Positions 1-10,200 of a stretch of DNA of 64,000 bases are shown piece by piece. The stretch comes from a virus. Numbering within the stretch: the first letter of the stretch is position 1; the number at the start of each line of letters is the position of its first letter. The notes under the pieces are model-generated. The model saw only the letters and a program-made list of their open reading frames with translations. It was not told the DNA's origin and ran no database searches. The position numbers and the translations under genes are program-made. The stretch covers positions 1 through 64,000 of IMG/VR virus record IMGVR_UViG_3300037041_000399; one strand, 5' to 3'.

Positions 1-14
1 TTTTTTTTTTTTTT

Positions 15-242
15 ATGGTCTCAGAACACAGTAAAGATGGTGATATTACGTCTCCTTATAAGGGAGTTTTTTGGCACACTAAAAGATGCAAGTGGATAGC
101 AGATACTAGAATAGTACAAAAGTTTAGAATTGAAAAGAAATATATCGGCTCTTTTGATTGCCCACATAAAGCATACAAAGCGCGTAAAGAGTTTGAGGCT
201 AGAACGGATCATAAATGGGAGTTGATTCCGTACGATGACTAG
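15..242 (+). CDS. AP2-domain DNA-binding protein (possibly the 3' part of an HNH-AP2 gene cut by the window edge)
   Basis: YKGVFW...KWIA...KKYIGSFD..HKAYKAR is an AP2-like pattern, similar to the C-terminus of 21561-22025. Confidence 0.6.
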   Translation: MVSEHSKDGDITSPYKGVFWHTKRCKWIADTRIVQKFRIEKKYIGSFDCPHKAYKARKEFEARTDHKWELIPYDD

Positions 243-244
243 AC

Positions 245-260
245 CCCGTTAAATTAACCC
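245..260 (+). promoter_or_regulatory. Class I repeated motif CCCGTTAAATTAACCC, copy 1 (putative phage RNAP promoter)
   Basis: Exact 16-mer found 6 times, always intergenic and in the same orientation; this copy is upstream of the terminase genes. Confidence 0.75.
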
Positions 261-344
261 TTTTCCGTCCCCCCTGAATTATAATTCTTATTATAATATA
301 TATCTTAAAAGGAACTTTAAAAGATCCTAAACCTATATAGCGAA

Positions 345-360
345 CCCGTTAAATTAACCC
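345..360 (+). promoter_or_regulatory. Class I motif, copy 2
   Basis: Exact CCCGTTAAATTAACCC, 100 bp after copy 1 across an AT-rich spacer. Confidence 0.75.
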
Positions 361-424
361 TTATTTTAAAAATAAAGAATAGTACTATGAGAAGTGCTAT
401 CTTACTGAAAAACTAGAGGTTTGT

Positions 425-820
425 ATGAATGCAATGACAAGGATCCATCAAATAAAGAAGGGAGGTCATGCGGCTGTACACAAACTTAATGAGTTGAGAT
501 TCGATCCGATCGTGGAATTAGTTACTAAGTATCGTGAGATAGAGCAACAAATAGAATTCTATAATGATTGGAGAGCCAATATTATTGTACCTTTGACATC
601 TACTGGCAAAGTACGTACATATGACCAGCAGGTTCATATGAATCTCTACGATAAGTTAACTACAATCGGTGAAAAGCTCCTTCGATACGGGTACGGCAGA
701 GTGCCTGAGCTACATGACGACACAACACAAGAACGTGTACCATTAATTATTAATTTAAACAAAGAAGGCGATCAATACGTCATAGGAGAGACACGTGATA
801 TATCTACTGATAGCGATTAG
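425..820 (+). CDS. Putative terminase small subunit
   Basis: 131 aa, upstream of TerL, GAGG RBS; call rests mainly on position. Confidence 0.45.
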   Translation: MNAMTRIHQIKKGGHAAVHKLNELRFDPIVELVTKYREIEQQIEFYNDWRANIIVPLTSTGKVRTYDQQVHMNLYDKLTTIGEKLLRYGYGRVPELHDDTTQERVPLIINLNKEGDQYVIGETRDISTDSD

Positions 821-956
821 TTTGTACTATATATCTTTTATTGCTTATTCTCTTTATGTACCTGAGATAACTGACCGTGCTCTTAAATGGATGCTCTTTA
901 TTTGCGTCTTAAATTCTTTTATTTATATATGGTACCAAGCATGCTCCTCAATATAA
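795..956 (+). CDS. Small two-TM membrane protein (not in ORF track)
   Basis: GTG start after GGAGAG; MIYLLIAISLYYISFIAYSLYVPEITDRALKWMLFICVLNSFIYIWYQACSSI. Confidence 0.45.
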   Translation: MIYLLIAISLYYISFIAYSLYVPEITDRALKWMLFICVLNSFIYIWYQACSSI

Positions 957-1069
957 TTATTGCATTATCAAGTATATGGCTTAGTACATCAAGTTGGATA
1001 GTACTAGTAATGGCCATTACGTTCTTAAGATTATTAGCGGATGCTTTGGAGATTATTCGTGGCTATTGA
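941..1069 (+). CDS. Small hydrophobic protein
   Basis: MLLNIIIALSSIWLSTSSWIVLVMAITFLRLLADALEIIRGY; overlaps both neighbours in operon style. Confidence 0.4.
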   Translation: MLLNIIIALSSIWLSTSSWIVLVMAITFLRLLADALEIIRGY

Positions 1070-2387
1070 ATTACATCCAGCGCAATCAGAAATTTATCGT
1101 GCTTTATTCATTGAGCGTAGTGTTAGATATGCTACTGTGTGTTGTGCTCGTGGCTGGGGCAAGTCCTATAAGGCTGCTGTAGCTGCTATATCCGCTGTGT
1201 TTGAATTACTCGAATTACCAGCTAATGTGCCTAATAAAAAGGTATATATTATTGCTCCTACCTTTGATCAAGTAAAAGATATTTATTATCCGCTAATCCA
1301 CTATGATCTTGGGATGGAGCATTATGCAATTAAAGCATCTCGCGATACAGGGCGGTTCTTATTTCCTAGTAACGTAGAGTTAATATTACTCTCGTACGAA
1401 TCGGTTGAACGTATGCGTGGTAAGGGTGCTTATTTTGTTGTATGGGACGAAGTCTCTTCTTGTACTAAAGGTATTAGTGCTGAGGAGGCATGGCAGTCCG
1501 TAATACAGCCTACTATTGCAACTCGTTGGAGTAATAGAAGGGCATTAGCTGTTGGTGCTAAATCACCTGGAAGAGCTTTACTTATTAGTACACCGAAAGG
1601 ATATAACTTCTTTCATGAGATGTGTATGTACCATGAGACAGACCCCGATTGGGGTTTCTGGCAATATGATTATTTACAGTCACCTTTCTTAGATCCTGTT
1701 GAAATTGAAAAATTGAGGGATAAGTTAGATCCTGTAACATGGGCATCAGAGTATATGGCTTCATTTGCAGAATCTGGTAATAGTGTCTTTTATTGTTTCG
1801 ATAGAAAGAAACATGTAGATGGACATTTAAAATACTTTGAACCAGGAGAAGATGTACATGTCTGTATCGACTTCAACGTCATGCGACAATGTTCTAGTGT
1901 ATTCGCACTCAGAGGTCATCAGATGCAGTTTATCGATGAGATGCAAGGACACCCAGACACTGAAGCCCTCGCTATCGCTCTTAAGACTAAATTCGAAGGG
2001 CACAAAATCTATGCATACCCAGATCCATCAGGAAGATCTAGAAAGACTTCTGCGCCGGTGGGACGAACGGATTTCAGTATATTAGAGTCCAATGGTATTA
2101 TTTGTAAAGCGCATAGAGCAGCTCCTCCTATTGTTGATAGTGTTGCAGCTGTTAATCGTAAGTTACAAACCGCATCAGGTAAAATAGATCTGTATGTGCA
2201 TCCAAAATGTAGCGGTACCATTTTATCATTAGAGAGAACAAAGTGGACTGACCGTAATTTAGATATAGCGACTATCGATAAGTCGGAAGGTATAGAACAT
2301 TTCTCTGATGGTATAAGATATGCCGTAGAATATCTATATCCCATACAAACAGGTGGGAAACGAACTTCCCGTGGTTTCAACTTTTAA
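1059..2387 (+). CDS. terL: Terminase large subunit
   Basis: Walker A-like ARGWGKS, Walker B FVVWDE, ISTPKG coupling motif, nuclease motifs IDFN and HFSDGIRY; likely GTG start at 1059 after GGAG. Confidence 0.93.
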   Translation: MAIELHPAQSEIYRALFIERSVRYATVCCARGWGKSYKAAVAAISAVFELLELPANVPNKKVYIIAPTFDQVKDIYYPLIHYDLGMEHYAIKASRDTGRFLFPSNVELILLSYESVERMRGKGAYFVVWDEVSSCTKGISAEEAWQSVIQPTIATRWSNRRALAVGAKSPGRALLISTPKGYNFFHEMCMYHETDPDWGFWQYDYLQSPFLDPVEIEKLRDKLDPVTWASEYMASFAESGNSVFYCFDRKKHVDGHLKYFEPGEDVHVCIDFNVMRQCSSVFALRGHQMQFIDEMQGHPDTEALAIALKTKFEGHKIYAYPDPSGRSRKTSAPVGRTDFSILESNGIICKAHRAAPPIVDSVAAVNRKLQTASGKIDLYVHPKCSGTILSLERTKWTDRNLDIATIDKSEGIEHFSDGIRYAVEYLYPIQTGGKRTSRGFNF

Positions 2388-2397
2388 GGATATTCGG

Positions 2398-2775
2398 ATG
2401 GAAACACAAGACTGGGTCAATATCTTCATCGGTATTGGAGGAACTATAGCAACGACTTTTATAGGGTTGTTAACAACCAAGTTCAAAAGTCTAGAGGACG
2501 ACCATGATGTGGCTATTCAAGCATTAAACGATTTAAGAATATTAATAGCAACTGACTATGTCAAAAGAACAGATCTTAATGTACATCTCAGCGAAATCTC
2601 GCGCAAACTAGACAAATTAGAAGAGCTTGAAGTGCAAATGTCAACGCATTATGCACGTAAAGAAGATCTTAAGGGTCTAGGCGAAAGCCTGGGAAAGAAA
2701 CTAGATCTAGTTCTTGAACGACTAGAAAGAAAAGTGGATAGAGCCGAATTCAATGATAGGAGGCTAAATGGCTAG
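2398..2775 (+). CDS. Membrane-anchored coiled-coil protein (holin/antiholin-like candidate)
   Basis: N-terminal TM (WVNIFIGIGGTIATTFIGLL) followed by a duplicated Y.++.DL...L.+KLD coiled-coil. Confidence 0.45.
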   Translation: METQDWVNIFIGIGGTIATTFIGLLTTKFKSLEDDHDVAIQALNDLRILIATDYVKRTDLNVHLSEISRKLDKLEELEVQMSTHYARKEDLKGLGESLGKKLDLVLERLERKVDRAEFNDRRLNG

Positions 2776-3349
2776 AAGTAAAATTAATGTGCCTACAACT
2801 GACCTTGTCACAGACACAGGTAGTGTATTGTGGTCATTTATTAAGGGTGAACAATTAGAGTTTCCAATTACGTTAAAGTTTTTAGATGATGCTACTAGCG
2901 GATATACGTATGAAGCTGTAGTTATTGAAGCTGATAATGCCAATGCTAAAGGTATTCCTTCGGGAGCGTTAAATAACGGTGTTCAGTCTGTAATTGTGGT
3001 TAGAGTACCAGTATTCAGAGGTACATGGGATGCTGCACAAGCATATAACAGAGAAGAAGTAGTATTGTATAACGGTGTATATTACCGATTATTTGATGGA
3101 TTAGCAAGAATTAATAGTGGTAAGCCAGATGTGGATGCTACTTGGATAACAACACAATTAAATAAAATTTATGTACGATTCCCAAATACGTTAGGTGCTA
3201 CTTGGGTAACACAGCCGACTGTTGCACAGTCTAGTTACGGCTTCTTTGAGTTAAGAGTTACTGAAAATAGTGCTACATTTCCACGTACATGGAAACCCGT
3301 TAGAGGTTTAGTTGAAATTCAATTTAGTCCAACGGATCTAGTGCCATGA
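2768..3349 (+). CDS. Virion structural protein with a CBM5/12-like aromatic module
   Basis: WDAAQAYNREEVVLYNGVYYR module; lies in the fibre cluster. Confidence 0.5.
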   Translation: MARSKINVPTTDLVTDTGSVLWSFIKGEQLEFPITLKFLDDATSGYTYEAVVIEADNANAKGIPSGALNNGVQSVIVVRVPVFRGTWDAAQAYNREEVVLYNGVYYRLFDGLARINSGKPDVDATWITTQLNKIYVRFPNTLGATWVTQPTVAQSSYGFFELRVTENSATFPRTWKPVRGLVEIQFSPTDLVP

Positions 3350-4248
3350 GTGAACAACTAGATACTAATTTAGTATTCAGTGATATAAGTACTGATGCTG
3401 TAATAAATGAAATAACAGCTAATGATACCAATATAGAGCATACAGCAGATATATCGTCTATAGACTTTGAAGCTCTTTATGCTAACTTAGAGTTATTGTC
3501 TACTGTAGTTTCTACTGAATTAGTATCTAATGTAGTGTCTGTTGATATTACAGCACTTGAGCAGGTTAATGAAACACTAAGTAATTTAACAAATAAGAAT
3601 ATTGTTGGTAACAAAACTGCTATTACTGAAGAAACTGCTATGCTTATTGGTGCATTTCAATATGTACCTGACAAAGTGTCTAACACTGAGCAGTTAGTAA
3701 AGGTTATGCAATATAATCGGGAACTGTTTGAAGAATTTAGTGTGCCTGAAGAAATTTCATTACAGCTTACTAAGGCTACTTTAGATGACTTCTTCAATAA
3801 GGATGTAGTGTCTTTACAACCAGAATCTCATAAAGAAGATATTGTCATGATATCTGAACTTGTCACTGAAGAATTAGTAAAGACTTTAATTAAGTTCTTT
3901 AACGATGAAGCACGTACAATTGAGTTCATAGATTATTATGCAGGTAACCAACGTGGTGGTCATGACGGTAAGCGGAGTATAGATGCCATATCGATGCAAC
4001 CAACTACACAAAAAGAAGATTCCCGTAGCAGTACTGATTCATACCTCTTAACAGTATATAAAAATATTGAAGAGACAATACATACTTTAGACTTTGTGGC
4101 TGTTGCAGGCGGTAGTAACGGTGGCGTTTCAACTGTTGGCGATATAGAACACGTACAAGATACGTTACAAATATTCTTACAAAACTATTTTGCTGAAGAC
4201 TACTGTAGTATAGACTACGTAGCTGCAAGTTATACAATTCAAGGATAA
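3346..4248 (+). CDS. Acidic hypothetical (probable virion) protein
   Basis: 300-aa ORF with ATGA coupling to the upstream gene. Confidence 0.5.
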   Translation: MSEQLDTNLVFSDISTDAVINEITANDTNIEHTADISSIDFEALYANLELLSTVVSTELVSNVVSVDITALEQVNETLSNLTNKNIVGNKTAITEETAMLIGAFQYVPDKVSNTEQLVKVMQYNRELFEEFSVPEEISLQLTKATLDDFFNKDVVSLQPESHKEDIVMISELVTEELVKTLIKFFNDEARTIEFIDYYAGNQRGGHDGKRSIDAISMQPTTQKEDSRSSTDSYLLTVYKNIEETIHTLDFVAVAGGSNGGVSTVGDIEHVQDTLQIFLQNYFAEDYCSIDYVAASYTIQG

Positions 4249-4250
4249 AA

Positions 4251-4706
4251 ATGTTAAACGAAAAACTTTATGCAAAAGGTAACGTAACCTTTGAGCTTAG
4301 AGATGAATTTGGAAATATTAAGGAGACTGGGTCAACTAATTTAATTGTTAATACAGGGCTCTCATATATTACCAGTAGAATTCTCAATAGTAATACTGCC
4401 CCAATTGGCTATATGGCATTAGGCACAGGCACAACAGCTGCAGCAGTAGCTAATACAGCACTAGAAATACCATTAGGCCCTCGTGTAGCTTTATCTGGCA
4501 ATAGCCAAGTAACTACTAATGTTCTTGATGATTCTGTACAGTATACAGCTAATTTTGCCCCTGGCACTGCTACAGGCGGTATTACAGAAGCAGCGCTATG
4601 GAATGCTGAAACAGAAGGTACAATGATTGCACGTACTGTATTCCCTATTATTAATAAAGGGCCTTTAGACGTATTAGCGATTGTTTGGAAAATCACAATT
4701 TATTAA
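4251..4706 (+). CDS. Fibre-attachment/collar-like structural protein, paralog 1
   Basis: NLIVNTG..GTGTTA..ITEAALWN..MIARTVF..WKIT; clearly paralogous to 4716-5174. Confidence 0.6.
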   Translation: MLNEKLYAKGNVTFELRDEFGNIKETGSTNLIVNTGLSYITSRILNSNTAPIGYMALGTGTTAAAVANTALEIPLGPRVALSGNSQVTTNVLDDSVQYTANFAPGTATGGITEAALWNAETEGTMIARTVFPIINKGPLDVLAIVWKITIY

Positions 4707-4715
4707 GGATTTGGA

Positions 4716-5174
4716 ATGATTAATGACAGCTTTAATGCTAGAGGGACTGTTAAAGCAGTCCTCAGAAATTCAACAGGTGAAATTAAAGAAATACAAGTAT
4801 CGAATACAATTGTAAATTTCGGTAAAACTTTTATGACATCCAGACTATTTTCTACTGCTAGTGATGCTTATGCATACCATATTGGAATAGGGGATGACAA
4901 CACTGCTGTAGCAGCTTCTCAAGTACAATTAGTAAATCAATTAGAAAATAGAGTACCTACAGCTGCGCCTACAAGTGTAACTACTGTTATTGCTAATGAT
5001 ACGCTTCAATTAGTAGCAATGTTTGGATTAGGTGAGACAACTTTACAAATCCAAGAAGCAGGATTATTTACTGCACTAACAGGTTCTAATATGATTGCAC
5101 GTACTACATTCGGCTTAATTACAAAAACGCCTGATGATACCTTAACAATTACATGGAAAATCCAACAAGCATAA
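4716..5174 (+). CDS. Fibre-attachment/collar-like structural protein, paralog 2
   Basis: NTIVNFG..GIGDDNTA..IQEAGLF..MIARTTF..WKIQ. Confidence 0.6.
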   Translation: MINDSFNARGTVKAVLRNSTGEIKEIQVSNTIVNFGKTFMTSRLFSTASDAYAYHIGIGDDNTAVAASQVQLVNQLENRVPTAAPTSVTTVIANDTLQLVAMFGLGETTLQIQEAGLFTALTGSNMIARTTFGLITKTPDDTLTITWKIQQA

Positions 5175-5183
5175 GGAATTTCT

Positions 5184-6059
5184 ATGAATATCATCACTAG
5201 GTTAGGCAAGGGAAGCCCTCTTACTAATAGTGAGATGGATTCTAATCTTTTAAGCCTAAGAGACAGCACAGCATCTAAAGTAGGCGTTGTTGATACGATC
5301 TTTTGGACAGATGGAGTCTACCCTCCAAATAGTATAGTCTTATATCAAGGCTCAACATATATTAATGAAAATGAAACTTCAGATATTCCAGGTTTATCCG
5401 ATGAGTGGATTGCACTGTCTAGTACATCTAAATCTAGTCTACTGACGTTTGCCTCTGATACTTTGACAGTAACAAATGGCGTAATTAAACCTAAACATAA
5501 GCCTAGAGATGATATTTCATGGGGTTGGTTGTTATTGACCACGCCTCCACAGCCGTTAGTCCCATCTTTATATACCTCTCCTAATTTTTATATAGGGCCT
5601 GAGTACAATGGACAACAAGTTAAAATTTTCTATGCGCATGTAGATCAGCCAATTATAATGGCAGAACGTTCAGTTAAATTTACTATATTTACATTTGATT
5701 TTGAAAAACATCTACATGAGATGATCACGGCAATTGATACAATTACTTTTGATCTTAATAAATCGTTAATTAATACTGTTGTATCATCTGATCATATATA
5801 TAAAGATATTACTACCAGTCATTTCTCAACTTTTGAGTCTTTAGATGCGTTTTATAAACTTAGAGATAGAAATAAATTTCCGAACGAAATAACACAATTA
5901 GCCGATAGTATTTCTACTTCGGTTGCCAAGGTCGGGGGTATTAGGGATTATGGGAGTATTACAGAGAGTTCTATTATCTTTGTTGATTTCCAATTAATAA
6001 CAGATACCCCTACACAATTTAGAGACTATGGAGCTACTTATGACAGCTATACAAGCTAA
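5184..6059 (+). CDS. Fibre-associated structural protein
   Basis: N-terminal TRLGKGSPLTNSEMDSNL, a motif typical of phage fibre N-termini; aromatic module WTDGVYPPNSIVLYQGSTY. Confidence 0.55.
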   Translation: MNIITRLGKGSPLTNSEMDSNLLSLRDSTASKVGVVDTIFWTDGVYPPNSIVLYQGSTYINENETSDIPGLSDEWIALSSTSKSSLLTFASDTLTVTNGVIKPKHKPRDDISWGWLLLTTPPQPLVPSLYTSPNFYIGPEYNGQQVKIFYAHVDQPIIMAERSVKFTIFTFDFEKHLHEMITAIDTITFDLNKSLINTVVSSDHIYKDITTSHFSTFESLDAFYKLRDRNKFPNEITQLADSISTSVAKVGGIRDYGSITESSIIFVDFQLITDTPTQFRDYGATYDSYTS

Positions 6060-7266
6060 GTTTAGAAGAGGTTCCACCAGTGACCATTCCACGTTTACAG
6101 GCGCAGATGGTGAGGTTACAGTAGATACTACTAAACACACTGTAGTTGTACATAATGGAATAAAAATTGGTGGCTACCCTTTACAAATAGAATTAAATAG
6201 CGGTACTAATATTAAGACGATAAATTCAGTATCTATTTTAGCTTCTGGAAATATTGTATTAGAGGCCCCTACAAATAAAAATATAGCGAATGGTTATGTA
6301 GGCTTGGATTCTAATAATAAAATACCACTTGCGCAAATACCTGATGTCATTATCGGACAATTAGAATATCAAGGCGCTCGTGATATGGCAACAACTTTAC
6401 CTGCTGCTAGTGCTACTAATAAGGGCTGGTATTATATTGCATCTAACGCTACTCTACAAAATGGCTATCTAGTAGGTGATTGGGCAGTATCTAACGGTAC
6501 TACATGGGATAAAATTGACAATACAGATGCCGTACAAACTGTCGCAGGGCGCACAGGAGCAGTGTTACTTACAAGTGCTGATCTTACAGATTTAGCTACT
6601 GTTATAACTGGGCCATTGGCCTTAAAAGCTCCTTTAGCATCACCTAGCTTTACAGGAATTCCTTTAGCACCTACAGCTGTAGCTGGTACAAACACAACAC
6701 AGCTAGCTACAACAGCATTTGTTACAGCTGCAGATAATTTAAAAGCTAACCTTGCAAGTCCTACATTTACTGGAGCTCCTTTAGCCCCTACAGCAGCCGC
6801 TGGAACAAATACAACACAGCTAGCCACTACAGCTTTTGTGGTAACAAGTTTTGCACCTTTAGCGAGTCCTACTTTTACAGGGATTCCAGCAGCCCCTACA
6901 GCTGCAGCAGGGACAAATACAACGCAACTGGCTACAACAGCACATGTATACGCTAATTATTCTGGAAAGACTATAGGAACAAGTGCGCAAGCAGCTTATA
7001 CATTAGCCATTGGAGATAGAGCGACTAAAATTACTGTCACAGGTAATATTATTCTTCCTGCAAATGTATTTTCTAATGGTGACATAATTATATTATATAA
7101 TGATTCTGCTAGTGTTATTACAATAACGCCAGGTGCTGGATTAACTATGTATCAAGATGCTGTAGTTACAGCGAAAACTACATTAAACTTAGCACCAAAA
7201 GGCTTGTGTGGCATTTGTTATAATAGTGCAACAACTGTAAGTCTTAGTGGAAAGGGTATAACATGA
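6040..7266 (+). CDS. Fibre protein with Mtd-N-like N-terminus and phage fibre repeats
   Basis: FRRGST..HSTFTGADGEVTVDT..TVVVHNG; three A(P/N)LASP.FTG.P.APTA.AGTNTTQLATTA repeats. Confidence 0.8.
   Translation: MTAIQAKFRRGSTSDHSTFTGADGEVTVDTTKHTVVVHNGIKIGGYPLQIELNSGTNIKTINSVSILASGNIVLEAPTNKNIANGYVGLDSNNKIPLAQIPDVIIGQLEYQGARDMATTLPAASATNKGWYYIASNATLQNGYLVGDWAVSNGTTWDKIDNTDAVQTVAGRTGAVLLTSADLTDLATVITGPLALKAPLASPSFTGIPLAPTAVAGTNTTQLATTAFVTAADNLKANLASPTFTGAPLAPTAAAGTNTTQLATTAFVVTSFAPLASPTFTGIPAAPTAAAGTNTTQLATTAHVYANYSGKTIGTSAQAAYTLAIGDRATKITVTGNIILPANVFSNGDIIILYNDSASVITITPGAGLTMYQDAVVTAKTTLNLAPKGLCGICYNSATTVSLSGKGIT
6625..6945 (+). repeat. Three tandem ~38-aa phage fibre repeats
   Basis: LASPxFTGxPxAPTAxAGTNTTQLATTA occurs three times in the translation. 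Confidence 0.85.
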
Positions 7267-10200
7267 GTATCCTAGCAATGTTTTTGGCTACACTAGGCGC
7301 TGCTAAGCGTTGGATCGTAATTAATTGCGGAGCTAGTAAAAAGGTTTGTGTTACAAATAAATCAGCAGCCGTTATAACTACTTCCGAGACATTGAGTACT
7401 TCCCTAGACATGGGAATAACTTGGGATTCTCCTATAAAAAGCAATATTAGAGGACTTGCAACAAATACTTCTAATATTATGATTGCACTTGATGCTTCAA
7501 AAACTGTTTATAAGTTCAGCGATAGTGCTGCAAGTTGGGATAGTGGTAAGGTTATTATAGGCGTTAATATCGGCTATGGTAAAGAAAATTTTATAATATT
7601 TGAGAGTGGTGGTATTAGCGCAGCTGCTATATCTACAGATGGCGTGCTTTGGGACCAACCTTATGCAAGCTATAATTATACCCCAAGCACTGTGTTTTAT
7701 GAGGCTAATGGAAATAAATGGCAATGGGTTAGTCAAGGTATCTGTCGTTGTGTTAATGGGGTTATGGTATCAAGGGCCATAACTCTTGGCACTAATGCAA
7801 AGGTTTTTGCTTATGGCGCAGGTAAATTAGTAGGTATTTATTACGCTCGATCTAGCTCACTAGGGCAGAAAGCGTATATTTATACGTCAACCGATATACT
7901 AACATGGGACGCGGGCGTAGATTTTGGAACAAACGATACTGACTTTATTTTGTATTACATTAATAACAAATTTATTGCATTAGGGACTTATACAGGTCTT
8001 GCTTCCTCTACAACAAAATCTACTGTTACGGCAGTTAGTACAGATGGAATAACTTGGGTTAAAAGTAATAGTAGAACGACGCTAGCCTCTGATTTATTAT
8101 GGGACGGGACGTATTATATCACAGGCAGTGATACCAGTAAATCTAGAAGTACTGATGGACTTGCATGGGTATCTTATGGATCTTTTACATTACCAAGCGC
8201 TTCTGCTAATTATCCTTATATAACATTTATTTTTACTGGGCATAATGGCTCCTATTTAGTTGGAACAGGTAATAACAATGCATCTGTTACAACAGATTTT
8301 AATACCTTCACGGCTTGCGTAGGCCTTTCAGGTTTTACAATTACTGGTAGTAACCTCGCGAATGTCATTTTAGGCCCTGATAAGACTTTACTCTTAAATG
8401 GTTCTGCAGGTGTTATTCCTTACGTTAGTACTGATCTTTTAACTTGGAGTCAAGTAAACATATCAAACCCAACAGGTGCAGTAGTCGGTTATACAACCGG
8501 TTCTTATGGCAATGGGCGGTATATGCTAGCAGGCGCTACGACAGCTTCAAATGCATACTTAAGTTCAACTGATGGTATTAATTTTTATGGCCCAGCAGCA
8601 GGCGCAAGTATTTATTCTAAAGAAGGTTTCGCATATAATACGGCAGGCACTCTATATCTTACTGTTAATGGAAATTCTTTTAGTACATCTACTGATGGAT
8701 TAGCGTGGACGGCGTCTACATTCAAAACAGGCTTTGCTGTTTATTATGCTACATTTGGAAACGGTATATTCGTTGTTGGGTCTGGCACATCAAGTGTGGC
8801 AGCATCAACAGATTGTATTACATGGACATATTCTACTTCATTCACAGCTTCAACATTTGGTGGTAATCCTATTTATTACCTATTGTATGGTAATGGTCTT
8901 TTCGTAATAAGCTCATATTATGGCTATCCATACTATACTTCCACAGATGGTATAACATGGAGTGCTCGGGCAAGAAATCCGCCTACCTCTGTTGAGCACC
9001 AATTAATTTTCAGTGGAACAACCTGGAAAGAAGTATATTATTCTTCTGTAAATAGATCTACTGATTTCGTTACATGGACTACTCATACAGGTATTTCCAA
9101 TCGTGTTGCTTACGGAAAGACAGTTAGAAAAGTGGTAGCTATGACTGATAATACCCTTATTATGCACTATTTGTTCGGTAGCATGAATGGTACCGGTGTA
9201 AGCTATAGTAATGATGATGGCATTACATGGAGTGCAACGCCTCCCTCATTCAGTGCACCTTGGGGTAGTAGTGAAGATTGGGTGTTAGTGAGGGATCCTT
9301 TTTCCAATAATGTATTAATGTTTCAAAACAATCCAGCAGTACCTGGCACTAGGGGACAATGGAGTCCAAATGGCTATAGCTGGAACAACATTAGTGGTGG
9401 CAGTCCGACTTGGACGCCCAAAGTTGGTACTCCAACAGGGATTTTAATCTTATCTTCACCAACCCTGAAATTTCCTTATCCATACAATTCAACAGTAGGC
9501 GCAACCTTCCCTGCTTCCACTATTTGGAAAATGTTAGAGTACTTAGGTAATAGTTGGGTCTTACTAAACACTTTAGGAAATGTTTATAGAAGTCCTAACG
9601 GAATAGATTGGACTGCAGCAGGCTCTAGCGGCACATTAACATACGACTATAACTTCAAAGTAAACGGTAGAGTATATGTTAGCAATGGCCTTAAATATAC
9701 TGCTGATGGTTATAATTGGTATGCAGTTACGGGGGTCGGTTCTGCCCCATTCGCTGTTTCGTATGCTAATGGTATCTATCTAATGTCTTATTCTGCAGCT
9801 ACTGGCAAACGTTCCACAGATGGAGTAACATGGACATCCACTAATCTTACAACACAGTACTCTAATGCATATGCTATTGGTAATTTATTTTACAGAATTA
9901 GCCCTGTTTCTTATGGCAGTTCCGACTATTTAGAGAGGTATGTAACATCTACAGACGCCTTAACCTGGAAGACGGTGGATTATCTTTACCCCGTCTGTAA
10001 AAATACGAGCGGTGTTTACTTAGTAAATAGTCCAAGTTCAGTTAATTTTGCTTACAGGTCTACAGATGGGATTACATGGTCTTCTGTAACCTTGCCTGCT
10101 ACCGGTCAGTGGCAAGGGCCTGCTTATGGCAGGGGAAAATTTATTATGGTGCAATATGGCGGGACTAGTGTAATATCTTCAACAGATGGTATTACATGGG

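Noticed and set aside
1-14. Poly-T run at the window start
   Set aside because: Context is cut off; could be a terminator tail like 55585-55595 or an assembly edge, so it is uninterpretable
245-360. Paired 16-bp repeats as a CRISPR array
   Set aside because: Only two copies per site, repeats too short, spacers AT-rich, no cas genes
6040-7266. Diversity-generating retroelement suggested by the Mtd-N-like domain
   Set aside because: No reverse transcriptase and no template/variable repeat pair differing at adenines seen in the window
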